From assembly GCA_002104905.1 (NCBI GenBank), contig MCFE01000274.1, positions 1 to 64,000 of the forward strand: a stretch of DNA of 64,000 nucleotides. The letters are read 5' to 3'. Shown here in pieces: positions 41,701-51,374 of this stretch. The first letter of the stretch is position 1. Each line of letters begins with the position of its first letter. Under the pieces are notes generated by a model. It saw nothing but the letters and a program-made list of their open reading frames with translations, had not been told where the DNA came from and did not search any database. Both the position numbers and the translations under genes were made by a program. The stretch is from Basidiobolus meristosporus CBS 931.73. Its lineage: Eukaryota; Fungi; Basidiobolomycota.

Positions 41701-42327
41701 TGCTTTCTTCTTGTCAAAGACATGGGCAAACTCTTGGTACTTGGCTGGTATAGTTGCTGAGGGGGCTCCTTCAGCTGGCAAGGTATCTTGGGCTGTTGAA
41801 CTGTTGGCAACCGTCTTTTCACGGTTATCAGGGTCTGGAGATTTCATGGAGTTGACTTGGTGGGATCTGGTGAATGACAGGATCTTGGATTTCCAATCAA
41901 TACTCGGATTGTGGTAGCTCAACCATGAGCTTCCAAGCACAATAGGATAGTGTGGTGAGTTGATGATGTTGAAGGCAATTCTTTCTTGGTGGGCAGTACT
42001 GGACAGCTGGAGTAAGCATGTTTCATGGGTAACGGCACCAGAGGAGAGTGATCTTCCATCAATAACTTCTACTTGGACTGGACAGGATTTCAAGGTAACA
42101 GGAATAGAGTGCTTCTGGACAAAGGCTTGGTCAATGAAACAGGATGAAGCACCGGAATCAATCAGGGCTAGGGCTGGGACAGGACTGGAGTCAGGGATCT
42201 GGATTTTGACAGGCATTCTCAAGGACTGGATAGATTTTGTGGCAAAGGAAGATTCTTGGATATGCTGGATTTTCATGGGTGGGTCCAGTTGCAAGCCTGT
42301 CAGTGCAACTGGACATTGGAGTTTCCC
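38779..42327 (-). pseudogene. pol (PR-RT-RNase H-IN-chromodomain) in the -1 frame from gag, with one in-frame TAA at 41575-41577
   Basis: ORFs 41575-42294 and 38779-41484 are in one frame. Motifs [32 protein letters not shown]...[25 protein letters not shown] and FEVKQIL...[17 protein letters not shown]. Confidence 0.95.
42283..42327 (-). promoter_or_regulatory. -1 programmed ribosomal frameshift signal
   Basis: In-frame G GGA AAC heptamer, 6-nt spacer, perfect 11-bp stem GTCCAGTTGCA/TGCAACTGGAC. Confidence 0.85.
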
Positions 42328-43232
42328 AACAGATCTGGATCAGGTTGGTTGCTGGAGGACTGCATCAGCTTGAAGCTGGACTTCTTGTTGGGGCAGGACT
42401 TGGCAAAGTGACCTGGTTGGCCACAGTATAGACAGAGGTTGGCTTGTTGACGTCTGGACTTTTCACTCTTTGATAGTTTCCTGTATTTGGCACTATCAAT
42501 CTGCATAGGATCTTCTGGAGTGACTTGGGGAGCAGGAGGAGCTGGGGTTGCAACAGGAATGTGTCTTTGACGATTCTTTTGCTTCTTCTGGAATAGTCTG
42601 TTATCACACCGGATTGCTTGGTGCATAGCTTCAACCAATGTATCTGGATCTGGGAGTGTGAGTAGCAGATCACAAACCTCATCATTAAGGCCATCTTGGA
42701 ATTGGCTTATCAAGGCTGCTTGACCCCAGGAGCTGAGGTCACTGGAGAGTTGTCGGAATTCTGAGGCATAGACTGATGCTGGTTTGTTTCCTTGCTTGAG
42801 GGTCTTGATCTTGTTGGCAGCAGTTCTGGCTTGGTCAAGGTTACCAAATGTTAGCTCCATTTCAGTGAGAAAGGCTTGGTAGTCTCTGAGTAGGGGAGAG
42901 TTGGTCTCCACTAATGGGGAGAACCACTTGAGAGCTGTACCAGTAAGCAGGTTGGAGATGAAACCAACTTTGGCCTGGTCAGTGGGGTACCGGTTGGGCT
43001 GGAGTGCAAGATTGTTCTTCACCATATTGATGAAGCCACGGAATTCATTCTGAGAGCCATTGAACTTGGTAGCAGGAGTATACTTGGGTTCTTGGTAGAC
43101 TGGGACATGGCTAGTTTGCTGGGCACTTTGGTTCTGGAACTGAGCAAGAGTGTTTCTGAGGTCTGCATGGTTTTGCTGCAGTTGGGTAAAGGCAGCCATG
43201 AGCTGGGCAAAGTTCAGCTCTAGGTTGGACAT
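42300..43232 (-). CDS. Chromovirus Gag with CCHC zinc knuckle
   Basis: Intact ORF; KFNGSQNEFRGF, YASEFRQL, LCLYCGQPGHFAKSCP. Confidence 0.95.
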   Translation of the reverse strand: MSNLELNFAQLMAAFTQLQQNHADLRNTLAQFQNQSAQQTSHVPVYQEPKYTPATKFNGSQNEFRGFINMVKNNLALQPNRYPTDQAKVGFISNLLTGTALKWFSPLVETNSPLLRDYQAFLTEMELTFGNLDQARTAANKIKTLKQGNKPASVYASEFRQLSSDLSSWGQAALISQFQDGLNDEVCDLLLTLPDPDTLVEAMHQAIRCDNRLFQKKQKNRQRHIPVATPAPPAPQVTPEDPMQIDSAKYRKLSKSEKSRRQQANLCLYCGQPGHFAKSCPNKKSSFKLMQSSSNQPDPDLLGNSNVQLH

Positions 43233-43625
43233 GGTAGCAGAGGAAGGCGGATGAACTTGCAAGGAATACTGGAATATACTAAACTAGGTTGTGGGTTTGT
43301 AAAGCCACTAGTATGTCAAGAATACAACTATTGAGCCACAATCCCCAACTTAAATAAGTTAGCGTCACTTCAGAAGGTACTGGTTTCAACGTCCTTTGAT
43401 AGAGTATTGTACTAAAGCTTCCAATACTGTAACAACTGTAAACTCCACCAGCAGGGTAATAAAGTGAATGCAGCTTTGACCAATAGTTTTACAAAGATAA
43501 AGTATCTTTGCCTTTATAGGACAAGACTAGGGAAAGATGATGGGTGATACTTACGGTGAGTATTCCTTTTACAAGTTTTCTTCAAACTTTGGGCAGAAGG
43601 CAGGGATCCACAGGTAAGTCAGGAG

Positions 43626-43636
43626 AGTCTGATAAA
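43626..43636 (-). promoter_or_regulatory. Self-priming PBS (Tf1-like)
   Basis: TTTATCAGACT is the exact complement of LTR 43754-43764, which lies ~27-36 nt downstream of a TATATATA box. Confidence 0.75.
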
Positions 43637-43638
43637 AC

Positions 43639-44161
43639 TGTTATGAATAGACACAAGGCAGGAGGAAAAGCTAGGCACGGCAGGAAAGGACTTAGGTGTG
43701 GACCATCAAGGCAAGGCAGGATTCAAGGCAAGGCTGTTTATTCAAGACCTGTGTTTATCAGACTGAGGAATACTTAAGGGGGGATAGGACTATATATATA
43801 CTTTTTGGCTATACTGATGCCGAGAGATATTAGCTAATACTAATGGGGTTGTGGGGTGAGGCACAGCAATGGTGCTGGGGATAATGACATAGATGACACG
43901 GCACTGAGACAGGATGGGGAAATGGATTGGGTCACCTGATCATGTGACTAAGTCATGTGACCTGGTATTTCCATATATGGTACTGGACTATAAAAAATAC
44001 GATGGAAAGCTTCCATGGAATGTTCCATTGTGTAACAATGGTTTGGAATGGTCAGGAACTTTCTGGAAGGTGGTAGAAGGTTCCGGAAGGAATCTCTTAG
44101 AAATTGAGCTGGGAAGCTGAAACTTGGCATGGGTGTTCATGGTTGTCATGTGATCATGACA
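43639..44161 (-). repeat. Chromovirus 5' LTR
   Basis: Direct repeat of 38256-38778; TATA box at 43791-43800. Confidence 0.97.
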
Positions 44162-44239
44162 GAATACCTCTTCATCATGGGACTCAAATTCTGTGATGGC
44201 CCTTTGACAGGATCATCACAATTATTTTCATATGGTTAG

Positions 44240-45770
44240 CTATTTCTAATACAGCTTGAACTTCTGCCTTGTGGTACTGAAATGATTACCTATGAGATTC
44301 TTCTGTGCATTGGTTCAGGCGGTGTTATGGCTGTAGAGTTTTCTGGAGCAAAAAGCTCTCATTGTCTAACTCTAATTCAATCCTGACTGTTGGAAAGCAT
44401 TGACTTGGGTTCATGACTTCATCTGATGTAGTTATTTTGTGAATATGTTGCACTTTCATCAAGCAACATGTCCCTGGACCTTATCAGCTTCAGTTCTTTG
44501 GATTTATTGAGCATGTATGCCTTATTCACCTTGTAATAGCCCAAATATATGCATTTTGCACCTTTTGATTCAAACTTTGACTGATATTGGGGCAGTTTCT
44601 TGGCATATATTGTTCCACCAGATATTGTTGAGTTCTCTGAGCTTGGTTTGTATCAAGACCATGCCTTAAGTAGATTATAGAAAAGTACTCTGCTGTAACT
44701 CCTACTGGTAAGTTATATAGCTGTGTCAACTGCTTCTGCCCAAAAGTCATACTTTTGATGATGGATCTTATATCTTGCCATATTGGTTATTGATTTAGTT
44801 GCATATTTGAATACTGCATTTTGTGGTGTAGAGCATGGTGAAGTGGTCTCTTGCATTGTCACAGAGTTTTTGAGAAGTCAATGAAAAATTGTGAGTTATC
44901 ATCTTCATCTTTGTGTGAGAGTATTTAATTGATATTCTCACCACTCTCCCTCTCCACCTAGCTTCAAACTCCATACGCCTTGACCAAGCTACCCACTTCT
45001 CTTCTATTAACTAGACCAATGTGCACCTTGTGTTATCAGCAACAAATTTGACTAAATATGACTTTCCACCTGAGCATGAATTTTCATATTTATGCATCAA
45101 TCAGAGAAATTAAATCAAATTCTGTTTTGCATTGATTGAGCCATACCTCTTCAATGATTGGCTGGCTTGTTTTTCATATATTCAGGCTTCAAAGTGCTCC
45201 ACATCAGCTGGGGGATTAGTTTTACTGTGGAAATTAGCTAGTATCTTATTGCTTTGCTCAAATTATCATGATTTATATGACCAAATCTCCTGTGCCAAAG
45301 CATAGGTGTGCCTTAACTTTAGTTACCTATATCAGCATCTACATATGATGGAGCATATGCTCACTGGATATACTTGGGACTCTGATACCCTAAGCAATAT
45401 GGTCACAATTTTGATCAGTGATCCTTCATATAAAACTGCCACATATTAACTGAGTCCTTCTGCTGTGGCCCTGATTACAAATGGTAGGTACTTGCCTATT
45501 TCTGGCTCATAGAATACTTCATTGAAAGTAAGTGTGCAGCTTTAAGCAACCTCATGTCTTAGATACTAGATATGTGGGTAAATATTCCAAGTAAATCCCA
45601 ATAGGAAGTTTAGTTAGAATTCTTTCAGATTTATAGGCAACAACACAAATGTCCATGTTAGGAAAATACTTAGGTGCAATTACAATGCTTACAACATCCA
45701 GAACATGCAGTTGCTTAAAGTTGCCTAAATAGTCCCAGAATGTGCACACATGTTGTTGGGATCTCACTTG
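44240..45770 (-). mobile_element. Decayed copia fragments (pre-integrase/integrase, partial LTR ~45545-45770)
   Basis: Remnants of TPQQN- and SRDVVFDE-like motifs and LTR homology on the minus strand. Confidence 0.6.
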
Positions 45771-45791
45771 GCATATTCAGCATGCTGGTCT

Positions 45792-48700
45792 TACTGTGAT
45801 CCCCTATGAGAAATAATCATGATGATCTTGTCAAAAGGCGGTCACAAGATTCAAGTCCCATGACTAAGAGGTATTGATCCTGTCAGGATGCTGTCCAAAG
45901 ACCATTGAGAAACAATTGCACCCCTGATTTCACAAAAACCTAGTCAAAATTTTTCATCACGGCCAAACATATGTGACTTGTGATTAGTTCTCTGCCAACT
46001 GTCTCACTTTCTGATCCAGGACACTCAATCACCTCCTACATTAGTGTACATTGATTGGCTATTGCCTCTTTTTGATACTCCTTACTTTCTCACTTAACTA
46101 ATTCTCTTACTTTTCATGCATACCAATAGATTTGTTTCCATTGAAACCTCAGTTGTTTCTCAATTGCCAATTGTATTGACCTATGCAAGTCCCAATACCC
46201 AACACTAATATTAACCTCAACCCCATATGCAACAAGTAACTGCATTAAAATCCACCACTTAATAAGTATTTCTGCTCTAAAGCCCTTTTCCCATGATATT
46301 GCCAGAGCCCTGCAGCTTTATGCCATTGCTCATTCACTGGTCCCCATACATCCTGGTCTTCAGCCAGCACTCTAAGGACTAGCACTTCATATGTCGGTCT
46401 TTGCAATAGATTCCTGCAATATTCAAGTGCATTTTCTTGATCACTGCTCTTAAGGGAATGCTGCAACCTCATGGTGTGCCTATTAATGTTCCAAAATTCC
46501 ACTGTAGGCTTTTTGATAGTCTTCTGAGTTCCTGATGTTGTTGCTTTGTCTGTTAGTGGGATCTCCACTCTGTCTACAATGGAGGGCATGGAAGCAATGG
46601 TACACAAACTGCTTTTCTCTGCAAACTCATCTACCTCACTGGAGTGTACCTCTACTGGCTGTACTTCCAACAGCCAAGAAATCAACCAATGTCTTGTGGG
46701 TAGTTCTTCTTGGCTATGATGAGATTTGGCCTGCTCTGGGCTAACAGCATTAATTGGTGAGAACTGCAGCTTTTTTCTCACGCTTCACTGTCTCTGTCCA
46801 AGGTAGACCTTTTCCTCTTTACCTTTACCATTACCACTGCCAAGTCTTTCACTACTACTGGGAGTGAGCGCTTCTTGTATTGTACTGTGTTTTCTCCTTG
46901 ATGAATGAAGCATTGGTGTATCTGTTTTTGCCTGCTTTTCCCTTGCTAGCACTTTTGTGGCAACCTGACATTTGATTGCTGCTTGTCTGGAACTTTGAGC
47001 CCTGCTTGTGATATGGTCCTGAGAAAGCCACTTATCTTTATCACTGTTGAGTCCTTCACTGTTAATGTGGCCAAGTGCTTTTTGTGCTCATCTACATTTT
47101 TGCCTTGCTAAATGCTGCACTGATGCATTTGTTTCTGCCTGCCTGTCCCCTACTGACACTCTTCTAGCTAACTGCTGTTTCTTTGATACTTGTTTGGAGC
47201 TTTCAGCCTTGCTTGCAAAAGCTCTTGAGGAAGTTGCTGATTTTTAGCTGTGTACCCTTGTTCTTCTGCCTTAGATAGTCTCTGCTATTCTTGTTTTACT
47301 TTCTTGACATACCATTGCTGATCCAAGATTGGTTTGCTTACTTGAATCTAGGATAACCCTCATGGGTCAGGTCAAGCATATTCTGCTTGGCCTTGAGTTC
47401 CTGATGGTCCCATGTTATGTTGTCCTTGGTATGATGCCATCCTAGACTTCTAACAGCCACCTGAATACTAGCCCACTCTTCTTCATTGCACCTACCAATT
47501 TCATGGATCTTCAATGTCTTTTGACTCTTAGGCATGGGTACAAACACCACATCCTCTCTCTCCTATGCTGTGATAGACTCTTTGGTTGGCATTATCTTTG
47601 GACACTGTTGCTGTGCTTCAAAGACTGTACAGTGTTCCTCTGCTGTTACATCAGGAAAAGGCTCAATTGCTGACTGTGGCATTGAGCTACTTGAGTTCCT
47701 TCTTAGCACCAAAGATATTGTGTTCTCTACCTGGGTTATTGATTGCTTCACACATAATATCCACTCATCTAGTTTCAGCCCTATTATCAGATTACTCTGG
47801 GCCATTCCGTCTATCCTATTAGCCACTGCGCTTAATTGCCTCATTAATGCTTTGGTATGAGCTGACAAGATGCTTGCTAATGCAGGTGGTGGTGATGTTA
47901 TAATGGCCACTTGCTGGTCTTCAACCAAGGGTACTCTGTTTGCTACATTCTCATCTGCCTGAGCATTATGGTCAGCTTGCAGATGGATTCTCATTAAATA
48001 TGTATTCTACCTGCATATCCTGCTGGTCTCTGATTCTCATCAACCTTAATCTACCACCTATCTTACAGCATCAAAGCAGAAATCTGATAGTAGTCTTTCT
48101 GGTTTCTGGGCCTTAATCACTATCCAGCCTGGCCAGCTACCTTTATCCACTGCTGAATGAATATTGTATGATTTCCAGCAGAACACTACTAAATGGCCAT
48201 CATATCAGAGCTCATATTAATGTCTGCATTAGAGATACCCCAGCCATCAGCAAGATAGCTGGCTTTTCTGGGCACAATGGATGGTATTGCTGTCAAACAT
48301 GTGAGATGCAGGGGATTTACTCCATAACTAACACTCATGATTATTATCCAAAACCAACACTAACAACATCTTCTTCTCACTAAGATAATGTACCAAAGTC
48401 AGCATGTAATTGCAGCAAAGTTGGCAAGCTTTAAGTCATTGGCTGGAATATGGAATTAATTAGAAACTGGAGATGCCAAAGATGGAAGGTATTTTTAGAG
48501 CAAAAGCTTTCCACTGGGAGCAATGCATTTGCTTATCAACAATATCCCTATTCTAATGACCTAGTTGTACATGGGGCATTTTAAGCTGAATGAGCCTTGT
48601 CAGATACCAGAGAAAATTGAAAAAATTGGCAAGATATTATGGAGTAACTGCTACCCAAAGTGCTTCTCATTGGCTCCAATCAAGATTCATATACATATGT

Positions 48701-49530
48701 AACAGTACAAATGCAAAGACTGGATGAACTGGATATATATTTATTCAAGTGGCCTTCTGAAGCCATTTCAACCAAGTGTATATTGGATGCATTGGGAGTC
48801 ATATGTGGACATTGTAGGAGTATTTATCCAAAAGCAGATCAGCAATGCCAACTTGTCACATCTACAGCTTTTATGCAAGGAGTTTGTGACAGGATTTGAG
48901 CAGCTATATTACAAGCCTAAAGCTGAATGTGTAGATCTCTGCCACTACTGTATCCATTCTCTACTCCATCTTGCTTGGTGTGTGGACAATAGTGGGCCTT
49001 GTGTCCCCCTTTGGGAGTTTCCTATGGAGCAGATGCATGGGGAGATAGGAAGACAAGTCAAGTTGCAGGTACTACCATATCCCAATCTGATCAAGAACAT
49101 TACCTTCAAGTCCATCATGGATGTGATGAGTTGGCACATAGAGGACAGCCAGAAGTGTTTGAAAATGCTGAGGACAGATGTGCACATGGAGACACCTATA
49201 CCTTTGGCATTGAGAAGCTAAGCAGCCCCAATGTGTGGGTAATCAGTTAAGTAATACAATGTTGGGTTAGGCTCAGCAAGCAACTAATTCTTATTAGGAC
49301 AACTTTACCAAAGTATGCTGGGTTTCTCTTGGTCACAAGCCAATTTCTACATCATTTAATACAGAATTCACATAAACAAGTGCCAGAGCACACCTATAAG
49401 GGGGATAGAATCCAGCAGGGAGAAGGAATATACCAGCTAGAAACCAAGAAGTTCTTTGCAGATATTCAGGAGGTATTTATGGCAAAAGTTGTGGCAACCA
49501 AGCATGAAGCTCATAGTTTAGGCTGACCAG
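45792..49530. mobile_element. Most complete CACTA (En/Spm)-like copy: ORF1 on minus (46245-47994), transposase on plus (~48000-49250)
   Basis: LINLNLPP, DTPAISKIAGFSGHNGWYCC and HSLLHLAWCVDNSGP...WEFPMEQMHG are Tnp2/TnpD-like; begins TACTGTGATCCCC, similar to CACTGTGACCCC at 29309. Confidence 0.78.
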
Positions 49531-50400
49531 GTAGGTAACTATTGCTTCATCACCAGTAGTTTTTATGCCAACTGATTCCACTTCATTAACCATTATAGCA
49601 CCTAAACATCACTTGAAGGTGTCTTCTAGTACCCTCCAGGCATTCTTTGCATTTTTGCACTTGTGCTTTGAATTTGCAATTTACCATTAGCATCAAGGCA
49701 AATGCAGTTGAAGGCACTTTGTGCACTCTTCTGGTACTTTAAGGCTACTTTTCTTACCCCTTCAGGAAGGTGTTCTTCTCCCATAGCCATATTCCAAAGA
49801 CTTCATTCCTGTAACAGTTGTAAAAGTTTGTAATTCTTCCCAATATTCACCTAACCTAGCCACTTACATCATTACCTACAAACCTTAGTGAATGCTGACC
49901 AAATTCCTTGTCAGGATTTATGTTGAATATTTTTCACCTGAAACAGCTGGTACACAGAGCATGAAAATTTTCAAAGTTGTCCATACTTTTTATGGCAGCT
50001 GAGCACAACATGTAAATATTTCTCAAGGCATTCCAGATATCCTTTGCTTTTTAGCTTCTGAGCATTGAGCCCACAACCTGCCCAAGATGTTCAGGATCAG
50101 AAAGTTGAAGATGCTTGGCACATCTTTTTGGTTGCTAGGAGCCACTTCTCCTGCATTGTTGCAAGTGCATTCTCTAGCAGGAATATGGCAGTGTCCCAAT
50201 TCCTCAGGCATTGTATTTATCTTGACCTTCTATATGTTTGCACTTGTATCCACCCTACTATTCTGCATTGTGAAGATTCTGGTAGTATCTGTAATAGGCA
50301 TTGCAGAAGGTGATGGCTCAAGTTTCATCACCTGCTGTGAGAGCCTTGGAGATATTGGAAGTAATTAGGGGAACAAGCTAATTGGGAGGCTCTCACTCAA
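49530..50400. mobile_element. Decayed copia gag fragments (minus) with a partial plus-strand LTR at ~49815-49990
   Basis: Homology to the gag N-terminus and LTR ends. Confidence 0.6.
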
Positions 50401-51374
50401 TGATTTGTCAAAGACCAATGCATTACTTAGAGTCATAGATGGTATGGCCAAGATAAACACCCAAAGTGTGCTTTGGTAATTCTCCAGAGGATACATATAA
50501 TGCTTGAGAGCTTTGGGCTACATATCAAGTATCAATACTCAGGGTTCTTAACAGTGTGATGAAAACATCACAAGTAAAGCATGACAAATAACTTGGGTAT
50601 TGAATAGTTAGGTTTATGAACTATGATCCAAATGACTAGGTTAATGGAGTATATAGGTGTATGATACAAAATCCAGATAAGTCAGAGTCTCATTTGTTTT
50701 TGGTTAACCGCTTCCAATACCATTTAATAGTATTATGATAGCCATCTAGTGATATTACTGCATCCATCACTGTTCAGAAGTATCTTGAGTTAGCACGAAT
50801 CAAAACAACCCTGATATAAACTCAGAGGTTGAAGAAATGACTATTGGCACTGAATCCTACTTGGGAACATAGTTGTGCTGTATGGATAATATACATTTCG
50901 AGTCTGCATAATAGATCGGATGATGCCAGTGCAGCGTAGCATCACACACAGGGCAGTCTCAGCAATTGATGCCACAATAAGCCATCCAACACATCCAACC
51001 GCACTAACCGGAAAGGATTGCCATCAGTCAGGGGAAAAGGAGGGAAAAGAACTCCAATTGGCGGTATTCCAGAGGGACGAACACATGGTACCATGGGAAT
51101 TTCATACCTGAGGTGGAGCAGTGATTAGGCAGTAGTATGGCAGAACACTCCCAGTAGTATGGCTAGACACTTGCATCCCAATACCATGGATGGTTTTTCG
51201 ATGCCTTACCACGAATTCCCAATCAATGTGATATGTGTGGTGGGAATCAGGATCGAACGATCACCAATCACCATTACGTCACTGCCAGGCCACCTCCCCT
51301 AAGCGGTGGACAATTCGTAATGCTACTTAAGTCCGGCTGGGGAACGATTGATTTCTGGTAAGAAACGACCTAAC

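Larger units (their letters stand above)
38256..44161 (-). mobile_element. Full-length young Ty3/gypsy chromovirus (Tf1/Tcn1-like), 5.9 kb
   Basis: 523-bp TG...CA LTRs (38256-38778, 43639-44161) that look identical; 5-bp TSD GAATA; PPT at 38779-38793; gag plus pol with chromodomain. Confidence 0.97.

Noticed and set aside
39375-43210. Numerous short ORFs overlapping gag and pol in other frames or antisense
   Set aside because: Shadow ORFs with no domain evidence; no env-like or extra gene is apparent.
44162-45880. ~75-bp inverted repeat (44162-44240 versus 45810-45880) suggesting one TIR element
   Set aside because: Better explained as ends of two separate CACTA-like copies in opposite orientation.
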